A stretch of DNA of 64,000 nucleotides from Candidatus Latescibacterota bacterium (GCA_965248355.1 OZ252098.1:2400001-2464000), one strand, 5' to 3'; positions 19,773 through 30,134 are shown, counted from the first letter of the stretch. The notes: generated by a model from the sequence alone, not told the origin. A program made the numbers and translations.

Positions 19773-21200
19773 TTGGACGACCGGCTTCCCTTCGCGCCGC
19801 TCCACGAGCAGGCCTCCCTCATCTCCCGCGGCGAGTTGCGGGCCGTGGAGCTCGCCGAGCTCTACCTGGGGCGCATCGAGCGCTACGACGGAGCCCTGAA
19901 CGCCTACACCCTGGTCACCCCCGAGCGCGCCCTGGCCATGGCCCGCGCCGCCGACGAGTGGACGGACGCCGGCGTGAGCCGCGGACCCCTGCACGGCCTG
20001 CCGCTGGCCCTCAAGGACCTGATCGACGTCGCCGGGCTGCCCACGGCGGCCGGCTCCCTCATCCTGCGGGACAACGTGGCCTCCCGCGACGCCACGGTGG
20101 CGCGGCGCCTCTTCCAGGCTGGCGCCGTCCTCCTCGGCAAAACCCACACCGTGGAGTTCGCCTTCGGGGGAGCCGGCATCAACCACCACTACGGCACCCC
20201 CTGGAACCCCTGGGACACGGAGGTGCAGCGGCTGCCCGGCGGCTCCAGCAGCGGCTCCGCCGTGGCCGCCGCCGCGGGGCTGGCCGCCGCCGCCATCGGC
20301 AGCGACACGGGCGGCTCGGTGCGCATCCCGGCCTCGTTCTGCGGGCTTGTCGGACTCAAGCCGACCTTCGGCCGCATCAGCAGCGCCGGCGTGCTGCCCC
20401 TGGACCCGCGTCTCGACTCGGTGGGCCCCATGGCCCGGTGCGTGGCCGATGTCGGTTTGCTCTACAGCCTGCTCGCCGGACCCGACCCCGCAGACCCCGA
20501 CACCCTAAGGCAGCCCCCGCTCACCGACGACGACTTCGAGGGCGAGGCCGGCGGCACCCGCCTGTGCATTCCGAGGGAGTACTTCTGGGAGGACGTCGAT
20601 CCCGAGGTCGAGGGCGCCGTGCGGGCTTCGGCGCAGGTCTTCGCCGACCTCGGCGTCCACGTGGACGAAATCTCCATGGAGGAGCTGGACCAGCTCACGG
20701 AGCTGCGGGCCCGCAAGAGCCTGATCGCCGTGCAGACCTACGCCAGCTACCGCGAGTGGCTCGAGCAGCGCCCCGACGACTTCGACCCCATCGTCTACGA
20801 GCGCATGCTCGACGGCCGCGATGTCAGCGCCCACGAGTACGTGGAGATCAGCCGCGCCTGGGAGGCGCTACGCCGCCGCACCGCAGTAGCCATGCGCAAC
20901 GTCGACGCCCTGCTGGCGCCGGCCACCCCCTTCGCGGCGCCGCCGCTGCAGGAGTGCGACGACCGGGGCGAGGCCTACCGGCGCGTCAACGCCCTCTGCC
21001 TGCGCAACACCGCCGCCGCCAACCAGCTCGGCCTGTGCTCGATCTCCCTGCCCTGCGGCTTCACCCGCGGCGGCCTGCCCGTGGGACTCATGCTGATGGG
21101 CCGGCCCTTCGAGGAGGCCGCGCTCCTGCGCCTGGCCCGGGCCTACGAATCGGCCGCCGCCTGGAGCGGCCGCCACCCGGATCTGGCCGGCTTCGAGTGA
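19773..21200 (+). CDS. Amidase signature family protein (GatA-like)
   Basis: GPLHGLPLALKD, GKT, NPW, PGGSSSGS, IGSDTGGSVRIPASFCG. Start codon uncertain (TTG). Confidence 0.9.
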   Translation: MDDRLPFAPLHEQASLISRGELRAVELAELYLGRIERYDGALNAYTLVTPERALAMARAADEWTDAGVSRGPLHGLPLALKDLIDVAGLPTAAGSLILRDNVASRDATVARRLFQAGAVLLGKTHTVEFAFGGAGINHHYGTPWNPWDTEVQRLPGGSSSGSAVAAAAGLAAAAIGSDTGGSVRIPASFCGLVGLKPTFGRISSAGVLPLDPRLDSVGPMARCVADVGLLYSLLAGPDPADPDTLRQPPLTDDDFEGEAGGTRLCIPREYFWEDVDPEVEGAVRASAQVFADLGVHVDEISMEELDQLTELRARKSLIAVQTYASYREWLEQRPDDFDPIVYERMLDGRDVSAHEYVEISRAWEALRRRTAVAMRNVDALLAPATPFAAPPLQECDDRGEAYRRVNALCLRNTAAANQLGLCSISLPCGFTRGGLPVGLMLMGRPFEEAALLRLARAYESAAAWSGRHPDLAGFE

Positions 21201-21266
21201 GCCGCCGCCGTGTTGCGAAGGTTTGGGGGCGCCCGTAGTTTCGAGCGCCTCCGCAGTACCCGCGTC

Positions 21267-21341
21267 GCTCCCATCGTCTAACGGTCAGGACTCCAGATTT
21301 TCAATCTGGCAACCGGGGTTCAACTCCCCGTGGGAGCACCA
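21267..21341 (+). tRNA. tRNA-Glu (anticodon TTC)
   Basis: Cloverleaf GCTCCCA...TGGGAGC-A-CCA; anticodon arm CCAGA-TT-TTC-AA-TCTGG; T-arm CGGGG-TTCAACT-CCCCG. Confidence 0.97.
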
Positions 21342-21772
21342 TATCTTCTTCTTGGTTGCTTCCTCGCGCCATAGCCACCAGGTAAGTCCATAGTCAGCCA
21401 AGTGGTGCATCCGAGGATCGATCTCAGGCTTGTCTGCCCCCCGGATCGCTCGAAGCGCCCAAGACCCCGCGGAACCCAAAGCCGGCAGGCTTGCTCCTGC
21501 CCATTTGCGCACCTGCCTTCGTTCCACCACCATTGATTCGATTTGGCAGCTGAGGGGAAGGAGGGCAGGCTAGTCTCAAGGCGGCCGGCCCTCTCAAATT
21601 CACTTGGCGGAGATGGCAAATGCAGGTTTACTCACAATGGCACAAAGCTCCACCGAATCCCCTCCTCTCCAGGAGCAAATGGGGATCTCCCTTTCTTTCT
21701 CGGAGACAATGTGATCATCTTCGGCATCTATGCGATGCACCGCAGTCCAGCGGAGACATTGAGCGATGGTGA

Positions 21773-22951
21773 GTGATGACGAGTCGACGCGCTCAAATAA
21801 CCCTTCAGCCTAGAGTCCTGAGATGGGCACGGGAGCGAGCCGGATTAGACCGGGGCGAACTCGCTGATCGGCTTGGGGTTGGGCCCCAGGTCGTCTCTGA
21901 GTGGGAGAGTTCGGGCAAAATCACCTTGGCTAGGGCCGACGCCCTAGCGAGGCGCACCTATACACCTGTCGGCCATCTCTACTTGGCCGAACCTCCGGAC
22001 GATAGTCTGCCAATCAAGGACTTTCGTGCCCGAGGGGGTACTATGCCCAGCCGCCCAAGTCCCAATCTTCTGGAAACGGTGTTCCAAATGCAGCAGCGGC
22101 AGTTGTGGATGAGAGAGGAGCTGATCTACCAGGAAGCTGCACTTCTGCGATTCGTTGGGGCATTCACCTTGGACTCTGAGCTGAAGCAGGTTGCTGCTGC
22201 CATGAGCGACGCCCTACGCCTCAAGAGCGGGTGGGCGGCAGCTGAAGGAAGTTGGACCAATGCCCTGGGAACGTTGCGAGATTGCATTGAATCCGCTGGC
22301 GCCCTGGTCGTTTTCAATGGAGTTGTGGGTAACGACACTCACCGCAAACTAGATCCTGATGAATTCCAGGGATTTGCCCTAGTAGATGAATACGCTCCAC
22401 TTGTTTTCGTAAACAACGCAGACTACAAGACGGCCCAGATATTCACCCTGGCCCATGAACTCGCTCACGTCTTCGTTAATCAGCCTGGCTTGTCCAAATT
22501 TGAAGACTTGCACTGGACGGGCGATCGGACCGAGGAAGCCTGCAACCACATGGCAGCTGAGTTCTTGGTGCCAGAGAGCGAACTCACCCAACGATGGCAC
22601 TCCGCCAGGAAGGCAGCTGATCCTTACCGGGACTTGGCACGGCACTTCAAAGTAAGCACGGTAGTAGCTGCCCGCCGCGCTCTTGATTGCCAGTTGATAC
22701 CCCGAAGCGTTTTCTTCGAATACTACGAAGAAAACAAGGCAAGGGACGCGAGTAAGACTCCACAAGACGAGCCCCGGCGCGGCGGTGACTTCTGGAAGAA
22801 CCAACACTGGCGATTGGGCGCTCGTCTTGGGGCCGCAGTGAGTCGTGCAGTTAAGGAAGGTCGGTTGTCATACCGCGAGGCATATAACCTTACGGGACTC
22901 AAAGGAGATACCTTTGCCAGGATGCCGGAGGAAATGGGGTTTGTATTGTGA
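21773..22951 (+). CDS. XRE-HTH + ImmA/IrrE (M78) zinc metallopeptidase
   Basis: N-terminal HTH (LRWARERAGL...VSEWE), FQGFAL, QIFTLAHELAH (HExxH), EEACNHMAAEFLVP, FKVS. Confidence 0.92.
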   Translation: MMTSRRAQITLQPRVLRWARERAGLDRGELADRLGVGPQVVSEWESSGKITLARADALARRTYTPVGHLYLAEPPDDSLPIKDFRARGGTMPSRPSPNLLETVFQMQQRQLWMREELIYQEAALLRFVGAFTLDSELKQVAAAMSDALRLKSGWAAAEGSWTNALGTLRDCIESAGALVVFNGVVGNDTHRKLDPDEFQGFALVDEYAPLVFVNNADYKTAQIFTLAHELAHVFVNQPGLSKFEDLHWTGDRTEEACNHMAAEFLVPESELTQRWHSARKAADPYRDLARHFKVSTVVAARRALDCQLIPRSVFFEYYEENKARDASKTPQDEPRRGGDFWKNQHWRLGARLGAAVSRAVKEGRLSYREAYNLTGLKGDTFARMPEEMGFVL

Positions 22952-23481
22952 CGGACTCTCCGGCCCGCAGAAGCCCAACGGGGTTGTATGTACTAGACGC
23001 CAATGTACTCATGACTGCTTGGCACGATCATTACCCAATAGACCTGTATCCAGGATTCTGGGATTGCCTTGAACGCTATTGGCGCAAAGGAAGGTTGCGA
23101 AGCATTGATCGAATACGAAGTGAAATAGCCAGTCCCGATGAATTGGTCAAATGGCTAAATGAGAATTGGTCCGGCTCGTTCGCTTTCTCCGGTGAACAGG
23201 AGGTTGTGGAAGTCTACTCAGACATGCAGAATTGGGTCCAAGGCAGTGCCCGCTTCCTTGCTGTAGGGAAGCATGAGTTTGCAGGTAACGCGGACGGATG
23301 GCTGGCGGCGTACGCAAGAGTTCACGGCGCCATCCTAGTCACAAACGAAGTCTTCGACCCAAACGTAAGGAGGCGAGTGCCTCTCCCAAATCTATGCCGA
23401 GAGTTTGACATTACCTGTCGCAACACGGTCGAAATGCTACGGGGGCTTGGCGTTAGGTTCGATCTGAGGCAGACCGTTTGA
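22948..23481 (+). CDS. DUF4411 family PIN-fold protein
   Basis: YVLDANVL, YP.D.YPGFW, ADGWLAAYA, LVTNE, PLPNLC; GTGA coupling to the peptidase. Confidence 0.85.
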   Translation: MTDSPARRSPTGLYVLDANVLMTAWHDHYPIDLYPGFWDCLERYWRKGRLRSIDRIRSEIASPDELVKWLNENWSGSFAFSGEQEVVEVYSDMQNWVQGSARFLAVGKHEFAGNADGWLAAYARVHGAILVTNEVFDPNVRRRVPLPNLCREFDITCRNTVEMLRGLGVRFDLRQTV

Positions 23482-23578
23482 AGTAGAGGAACTCGTAGAG
23501 CCCGGCTAGCGGATCCGTCGGGAGCAGCGAGGCTCCAGCCTCTCTTTGACCCTCCGCCCCCACACCTCCTGTCCCGCC

Positions 23579-25060
23579 ATGACCTGGCCCCCCCCGCCTC
23601 ATCCACAACACCGACGGTCACTGGATCATCAACTACCAGGACCGCCGCGACCCCCGTGACATCGTCCGGCTGATACCCATCCTCGCCGACGCCGGGGTGG
23701 ACGCCCTCTCCGTGCTGGCCGGCATCGACGACGACATCTCCTGGCGGGGCAGCCCGCACGCGCAGGTCTTCGGCGACCACATCACCGAGTGGCAGCCGGA
23801 CCCGGTCCTGCGAGACATCCACGGCCATCCGCTGAAGCAGGATCAGACGCCCCACATCCACGGGCGGCCCATCAAGGAGGTCGGGGGACGCCAGCCGGCC
23901 GATGCCCACGAGTTCCTGCACCTGCTCCTCGACCAGGTGATCGCCGACGGCCACGAGCTGATGCAGATCTACATCGACGGCGCCCGGCGCAGCGGCCTGC
24001 AGGTCTTCGCCGGCTTCCGCATGAACGACGCCCACGCCTGCGACGAGGCCCGGGGCTGGTACGGACGCTCGCGGCAGAAGCAGGACCGCCGCCACCTGCT
24101 CCTCGGCACGCCGGTGCCCTTCGGCTGTCACCACGGCGCCGACTGGTCCTTCTCGTGGGTGTGGAACTACGCCGAGGAGGAGGTGAGGGACCGCTTCCTC
24201 GGGCTCTTCGACGAGACCCTGGAACGCTACGACTTCGACGGCCTGGAGCTGGACTTCAGCCGGGCGCCGCCCTTTTTCCGCAGCGGCGAGAAGTTCGCCA
24301 ACATCCCGGTCATGACCCGCTTCATGGAGCAGGCCCGGCAGGTCGTGGCCCGCCGCGGCGCGAAGGCGGGGCGAGAGCTGCGCGGCGTGGCGGTCTACAC
24401 CGGCTCGACACCAAGACCTACACGGTCTCACCCCAGGAGGGCTGCGAGGAGAGTCCCGCCAGCGTGCTGCGAGCCACGGCCCTCAACGGCTACCGGGACG
24501 GCGCAGCCGGCGTCCACCTCTTCAACTTCGACTACCCCTCCCACCGCGCCGCGCCGGCCGCCAGCGGCGACTTCAACGACTTCGACGACTACCACCTGCG
24601 CATGGTGGCCGAGCTGCGCGATCCGGCGGTCCTGGAGCGGCGCAACCGCTGCTACTACCTGCCCGCTGCCGCCGGCCCCGACCACCGGTCGCAACTGCCG
24701 CGCAAGCTGGCCCTCGCCGGCCGCGGAGCCGGACCGGAGCACGCCCTGCGAATCCGCGTCGACGACGACATCGAGGCGGGGCTCGCCGAGGGACGGATCG
24801 CCCGATGCGAGTTGCGTATGTGTCTTGAGGACTGCGAGGGGTCGGAGGGCCGCCTCCAGCTAACCGTCAACGGCCAGCGGCTGGACCCGTCGCCCGATGG
24901 AGTCGTGGAGAACCGCCGCGGCCGGCGCTGGATGGTCTTCGACGAGCCGCCCCTGCGTCAGGGGATCAACACCGTGCTCGTCATTCTCGACGGCAGCCGG
25001 ACGCCCTCCCCGTGGCCCCGCCTGGAGAGCTGCGAGATCGTGCTGCTGGCCCCGGACTGA
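23579..25060 (+). pseudogene. GHL10-like protein with frameshifts (C8 run 23588-23595; about 24404) and an apparent internal deletion near 24385
   Basis: RLIHNTDG, FAGFRMNDAH, WNYAEEEVR, YDFDGLELDF, GAAGVHLFNF; paralog of 6367-7947. Confidence 0.65.
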
Positions 25061-25137
25061 GCCGGATCAGCCCTCCGTCAGAATGGCGTAGGGCCTCGAT
25101 CTCGACGCGCAGGTGGGGCATTCCCCGGGGCCGGCAC
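25055..25137 (+). repeat. Direct repeat copy 1 (~83 bp, gene stop plus RidA 3' end); copy 2 at 25610-25691
   Basis: GACTGAGCCGG.ATCA.CCCTCCGTCAGAATGGCGTAGG.CCTCGATCTCGAC.CGCAGGTGGGGC.TTCCC appears twice. Confidence 0.9.
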
Positions 25138-25162
25138 GAGTATCCCGGAAAGGCAACGAAGG

Positions 25163-25615
25163 ATGGACTACAGGCAGGAACTTGGTTTCGAGTTCTGCTG
25201 CGTCATCGACGCGGCGGTGGACGAAGTCTTCGCGGCCATCACGGACAGGGCTGCGATCAGCACCTTCTTCACCAACGCGTCGAGCGCTTCCCTGGAGGCC
25301 GGGAAGACCGTCTTGTGGCGGTTCGGGGATCTCGAGATCGACATCCACGTCGAGGAGGTCGTCCCCGACGAGAGGATCGTCTGCAGCTGGCCTGCCTCTA
25401 ACGACGTGGGTTACCGGACGCGGTTCGTATTCGCCTTCGAGGCGCAGGATGAGGGCACGAAGATCCTCGTGAGCGAATCCGGGTGGCGGCCCGATGGCGA
25501 GGGGATCGCCAGCGCCTTCGAGCAGTGCTCCGGCTGGACCCATTTCTTCGCCAGCCTCAAGGCGCGTCTCGAGCACCACGTCGACCTGAAGGGCTTCTAC
25601 TGCGCCCACGACTGA
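25163..25615 (+). CDS. SRPBCC/AHSA1 domain protein
   Basis: IDAAVDEVFAAITD, EVVPDERIV..W, SGW, GWTHFFASLKARLE. Confidence 0.85.
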   Translation: MDYRQELGFEFCCVIDAAVDEVFAAITDRAAISTFFTNASSASLEAGKTVLWRFGDLEIDIHVEEVVPDERIVCSWPASNDVGYRTRFVFAFEAQDEGTKILVSESGWRPDGEGIASAFEQCSGWTHFFASLKARLEHHVDLKGFYCAHD

Positions 25616-25622
25616 GCCGGGA

Positions 25623-26003
25623 TCATCCCTCCGTCAGAATGGCGTAGGCCTCGATCTCGACTCGCAGGTGGGGCTTTCCCAGGGCCGCCACCTGCACCAG
25701 CGTGGAGGCCGGCTTGACGCCGGCGAAGCGCTCGTGGTGGGCGCGGGCCACCTCCTTCATGTCCGAGATGTCGGTCACGTAGACCACGGTCCGCACCACG
25801 TCCTTCAGGCCCGCCCCCGCCTCGGACAGGGCCGCGGCGATGATGTCGAGGACGGCCGCCGACTGTTCGTAGGTGCCTCCCTCGTCGTGGGGCGGCCGGG
25901 CGCAGGTGCCGGCCACGTGGATGTGGTCGCCGACGCGCACCGCCCGCGAATAGGCGAACTCCTCCTCGAAGGGATTGCGGCTCGATATGTTGCGTCGTGT
26001 CAT
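25623..26003 (-). CDS. RidA/YjgF family protein
   Basis: AYSRAVRVG, VAGT, DVVRT, PASTLVQV, VEIEA. Confidence 0.92.
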   Translation of the reverse strand: MTRRNISSRNPFEEEFAYSRAVRVGDHIHVAGTCARPPHDEGGTYEQSAAVLDIIAAALSEAGAGLKDVVRTVVYVTDISDMKEVARAHHERFAGVKPASTLVQVAALGKPHLRVEIEAYAILTEG

Positions 26004-26015
26004 GGTCTTCCTCTC

Positions 26016-28439
26016 CTATTTCAACAGCAGCATCTTGCGCACCGCCCTGTGCCCGGGTTGGGACAGGCGATAGAGGTAAACGCCCGTTCCCACCGGATTG
26101 TCGTGATCGTCCGTACCGTCCCATGAGAACACGTGCTCTCCGGGGCCGAGACCTTCCCACGCCTCGGCGAGCACCCGCCGCCCCGACAGATCGTAGATCT
26201 CCAGGCGCACCGGCTGAGGACCGTGTCCGCCGGCGATGCTGATGCGGATGCTGGTCTCCGCGTTGAACGGATTCGGCGTGTTCTGGTGCAGCACCGCCAC
26301 CTCCGGCAGGGCCGGCCCCCGCAGCCGCCAGGCCCGTCCCTCGGCGACCACGATCATCTCCTTCTGGAGGGAGGCGAACCTCTCCAGCTCGGCCGGCGCG
26401 GATAGCGCCGCGGTGTACTCCACCACCGGATCGCCGAAGGTGTACTCGGAATCGATCCACACGCCGCCGCTCAGATAGAAGTCTCTGTCGAACCAGGAGG
26501 CGGTGGCGAGCACTTCCCTGATCCCGGCTGAAAAGCCGCCGGAGTCGCCCACCGCCTCGTCGGAGACCCCCTGTGGCAGGGGCTGGGGCTGCTCCACCCT
26601 GGTAACCTCGGTGCCGTCATTGCGCACCACCCGGTCCACGGCGATGAAGGAGGTGTAGGCGGTGAGCAGGTTGTAGGTCAGACCCAGCTCCAGGATGTGG
26701 CTCTTTACGCGGGCCTCGTCCGCGGATCCCAACCCCGCGTAGTCCCCCAGGGTGGCGATGAGCCGGCGGGCCCAGAGATAGCGCAGCGCCGCGTTGGACT
26801 CGTCGGGGGTCACCTGGGAGACATCGATATCGATGCCGTACTCCCCCTGCCCCGTATGGCCTCGCAGCGACACCGTGCCCTGCCGATCGCCCTGCCACTT
26901 CCCGTAGACCAGGACCGGGCGCTCGGCCAGCAGGTCCGCGATGGAGACCGGCTCCACTTCGTAGATGTCGAATCCATCGGCGGAGAAGGTGGTCCTGGAG
27001 AGGACCGGCGTGCGGATGTACTCCCGGAACCGGGCGGCCGTCTCCGCCGCCTCGGACTCCTCGGTGACGACGAAGGGCTCGCCCGAACCCATGCGCGCCA
27101 TGCCCTCGATGAGGAAGCGGTTGACGGACTTGCCGATGCCGAAGGTGAAGACGTTGGCCTCGCCGAGGTTCTCCCGGATCAGGTCGAAGACCTCGGCCTC
27201 GGCCGAGATGTAGCCATCGGTGGCGATCACGATGGAGCGGGAGGTATTCTCGCTCGGTCTCGGAAGCTGCATGGCCCGCAGGAGGACCGCCCCGAGCCGG
27301 GTTCCGCCCCCTGCCTGCTGGATCTGGATGAGATCGAGAGCCCGCTCCACGTTCTCCTTTGAGGCAGGGAGGGATTCCGCGGAGAGCACGCTGGAGCCGT
27401 GGGCGAAGAGCAGGACGTTGAAGTGATCGGTGGGGCGAAGCGGCTCGATCAGATCTCGCAGCAGAGCCTTCGAGACCTCGATTGGGTAGTCGCTCATCGA
27501 GCCGGAGACGTCGACGACGAAGATGTACTCCCGCGGGGGGATCTCCTCCTCCTCGACGCGTTCGGGCGGCTGGCCCATGAAGAGGAAGAAGTTCTCGTCC
27601 TCCCCTTCGTAGAGCAGCAGGCCGGATTCGATCTTGTCGCCCGCGAGCCGGTAGCGCAGGATGTAGTCCCGGTTGCCCCCGGTCCCGCCCGGATCGGACA
27701 GCTCGACCCGGGCCCGGCCGGGCTCGGGGTAGGAGACCTCGATGTCGTGGGAGATCGAGGACACGGCCTGGATCGGCACCCCCGTGCTCAGCTCGACGTC
27801 GATGTCGAAGCCGTAGGTGGCCGGCTCCCCCTCGTGGGTGTACGGCGACGCCACGAACAGGTCCCTGGAGTCCACTTCGCCCAAGGGGATCTCGGAGTAC
27901 CGCGGCCCGACCACTGTGGGATAGACGAACTCGTACTCACCCTCCGTGGGCACCAGGGTCTCGGTGTACCTCAACTCGACGAAGATCCGGTCCCCGGGCA
28001 GGATGTTGCCCACCGTCATCTGGAAGACGTTGGGCCGCTGCTGCTCCAGAAGCGAGGCGGTGTAGCCCGCTTCGATCGCCTCTTCGTACTCCTCCCGGGC
28101 CTCTTCCCGTTCCCGGATCTCGGCGGTGATCACGCGGTCGCCGATGGTCATCTCCATCCCGTACACCGCGGCCTGCGTGGAGGCGGGGAAGACGTAGGTC
28201 GCCTCCAGGGGTTGGCCGCCTTCGTTGGCGTACTCCTGGCGGATCACCACGTCGGCGATGACCCCGGCGATCCTGACGCTGGCCGAGACCGACTTCAGGG
28301 GCAGCTGGTCCAGCCCCGGATCGTCGGTGACGACGAAGAAGAAGGGGGCCAGGGTCTGGCCCGCCTCCGGGGTCTCGTCCCCCCAGACGTGGGAGACGAG
28401 CAGTGCGAGCGACAGTGGCAAGACCATCCGGAATGTCAT
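26016..28439 (-). CDS. VIT + vWA domain protein with C-terminal FlgD-Ig/sorting domain
   Basis: Signal peptide; VIT (EATYVFP, ASLLEQQRPNVF), MIDAS DVSGSM, TDG, C-terminal NTPNPFN...GTGVYLYRL...KMLLLK. Confidence 0.9.
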   Translation of the reverse strand: MTFRMVLPLSLALLVSHVWGDETPEAGQTLAPFFFVVTDDPGLDQLPLKSVSASVRIAGVIADVVIRQEYANEGGQPLEATYVFPASTQAAVYGMEMTIGDRVITAEIREREEAREEYEEAIEAGYTASLLEQQRPNVFQMTVGNILPGDRIFVELRYTETLVPTEGEYEFVYPTVVGPRYSEIPLGEVDSRDLFVASPYTHEGEPATYGFDIDVELSTGVPIQAVSSISHDIEVSYPEPGRARVELSDPGGTGGNRDYILRYRLAGDKIESGLLLYEGEDENFFLFMGQPPERVEEEEIPPREYIFVVDVSGSMSDYPIEVSKALLRDLIEPLRPTDHFNVLLFAHGSSVLSAESLPASKENVERALDLIQIQQAGGGTRLGAVLLRAMQLPRPSENTSRSIVIATDGYISAEAEVFDLIRENLGEANVFTFGIGKSVNRFLIEGMARMGSGEPFVVTEESEAAETAARFREYIRTPVLSRTTFSADGFDIYEVEPVSIADLLAERPVLVYGKWQGDRQGTVSLRGHTGQGEYGIDIDVSQVTPDESNAALRYLWARRLIATLGDYAGLGSADEARVKSHILELGLTYNLLTAYTSFIAVDRVVRNDGTEVTRVEQPQPLPQGVSDEAVGDSGGFSAGIREVLATASWFDRDFYLSGGVWIDSEYTFGDPVVEYTAALSAPAELERFASLQKEMIVVAEGRAWRLRGPALPEVAVLHQNTPNPFNAETSIRISIAGGHGPQPVRLEIYDLSGRRVLAEAWEGLGPGEHVFSWDGTDDHDNPVGTGVYLYRLSQPGHRAVRKMLLLK

Positions 28440-28463
28440 GGCGCCCCTCCTGGAAAAAGCGGC

Positions 28464-28838
28464 TTACGCCGCGCCGTCGTCCCTCTGGAACATGCCCAGC
28501 ACGTTGCCTTCGGTGTCCCGGAAGTTGGCGAACCAGCCCACCCCGGGGATGGCGGTGCGGGGGGTGACGATGGCGCAGCCGGCGGCGGTCACCCGGGCGA
28601 TACAGGCGTCCAAGTCGTCCACGCCGATGACGAGCTGGGTGCCGCCCCCGTTCGCCGTGCTCTGCCTGGGCGCCAGGGCCCCGCCGATGCCGGGCTCGTC
28701 CTCCGGACCGGTCTGCTGCAGGTAGTACTCCTGCGGACCCTCCCACTTGTGGGACTCCCAGCCGAAGACCTCGGCGTAGAACCGGTTGGCGCGCTCGGCG
28801 TCGTCGAAGGGCAGCTCGAAGTGCACGATCTTGGGCAT
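28464..28838 (-). CDS. VOC/glyoxalase family protein
   Basis: IVHFEL, FYAEVFGW, IPGVGWFANFRDTEGN. Confidence 0.9.
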   Translation of the reverse strand: MPKIVHFELPFDDAERANRFYAEVFGWESHKWEGPQEYYLQQTGPEDEPGIGGALAPRQSTANGGGTQLVIGVDDLDACIARVTAAGCAIVTPRTAIPGVGWFANFRDTEGNVLGMFQRDDGAA

Positions 28839-28989
28839 GGTTGCTCCTAGAAGTAGACGAGGGCGGTCAGCGCGGACCGGAGGGTCCAGTCGACGCCCAG
28901 ACCCAGCCTCCCCCTCCCTGTCGGCAGAGGCACGGGGGGAATATACTCGTCGAGGCCCGAAGGCGGTTCCCACCACCCCGGACAGGTAG

Positions 28990-29667
28990 ATGAGCCATTC
29001 CGTACGGCGCCACCTGCGCGTCGAGATCGAGGCCTACGACCGCACCATCCGCGCCTTCATCCCCTCCTACGAGGAGATGCTGGAGAGAGCGGCCCGGGCC
29101 GTGGCCGAGGCCCGGCCGGGAAGGGTGATCGATCTCGGCGCCGGCACCGGCGCCCTGGCGCAGGCCCTCCTGCGGCGGTGCGAGAAGGCCACCGTCGAGC
29201 TCATCGACGCCGACGCCGAGATGCTCGACCAGGCCCGGGAGCGGCTCGCGCCCTTCGCCTCGCGGGTGAGCTATTCGGTGCGCGACTTCCAGGGGCCGCT
29301 GCCCCCCTGCGACGCGGCGGTCGCCTCCCTCGCCCTGCACCACGTGCCCACCCTCGCCGAGAAACGGGAGATCTTCGGCGCCATCCACGCCGCCCTGCCC
29401 CCCGGCGGAGTCTTCGTCAACGCCGACGCCGTCATGTCCGCCGACCCCGCCGCCCGGCGGGCCGACTACGAGACCTGGGCCGCCCACCTCGTCTCCCGCG
29501 GCATCGAGGAGGAGCGGGCGTACCAGCACTTCCGGGAGTGGTCCGGCGAGGACACCTACTTCCCGCTGGAGGAGGAACTGGCCGCGCTGGAGGAGGTCGG
29601 CTTCGACGCGGTCTGCCTGTGGCGGGTGGTGCCGCTGGCGGTGGTGAGGGCCGGGAAGCGGCCCTGA
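28990..29667 (+). CDS. Class I SAM-dependent methyltransferase
   Basis: IDLGAGTG, SLALHH, LPPGGVF. Confidence 0.9.
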   Translation: MSHSVRRHLRVEIEAYDRTIRAFIPSYEEMLERAARAVAEARPGRVIDLGAGTGALAQALLRRCEKATVELIDADAEMLDQARERLAPFASRVSYSVRDFQGPLPPCDAAVASLALHHVPTLAEKREIFGAIHAALPPGGVFVNADAVMSADPAARRADYETWAAHLVSRGIEEERAYQHFREWSGEDTYFPLEEELAALEEVGFDAVCLWRVVPLAVVRAGKRP

Positions 29668-29758
29668 GGGCGGCAGCACCACCACCTTGACCCTGGCGCC
29701 GTCGAGGGGCTTCTATCTCCCGCCGCCCAATCTCCCCAACTCCGGAGGATCGATCCTC

Positions 29759-30127
29759 ATGGCCACCATGTCCTTTCACAAGTCGGCAGATTGGAAGCCC
29801 GGCTTGCGCACCTACTTCGAGTACCGCGACCTCGGCAGCGTCGAGGCCACCAAGGGCAGACTGCTCGCCCACGTCATCCGCGCCACCGAACCTTGCAGCG
29901 GTCCGGGCGGCTATCATTCCCACGATCTCGAGTTCCAGATGAACTACGTGCTGCGCGGCTGGACCCGGGTCGAATTCGAGGACGTCGGTGAGGTGCGCTT
30001 CGAGGCCGGCGACAGCTGGCAGCAGGATCCCGGGGTCCCGCACGAGGTGCTGGAATTCTCCGACGACTTCGAGGTCATCGAGATCTGCATGCCGGCGGAA
30101 TTCCCCACCAGCGACGAGCAACGCTGA
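29759..30127 (+). CDS. Cupin domain protein
   Basis: GLRTYFEYRDLG, HSHDLEFQMNYVLRGW, PGVPHE. Confidence 0.88.
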   Translation: MATMSFHKSADWKPGLRTYFEYRDLGSVEATKGRLLAHVIRATEPCSGPGGYHSHDLEFQMNYVLRGWTRVEFEDVGEVRFEAGDSWQQDPGVPHEVLEFSDDFEVIEICMPAEFPTSDEQR

Positions 30128-30134
30128 TCCCGGG

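Noticed and set aside
21342..21620. Possible tyrosine-integrase remnant after tRNA-Glu (GGQTSLRSILGCTT on the minus strand)
   Set aside because: Only vague resemblance; the catalytic HxxR, H and Y residues are absent.
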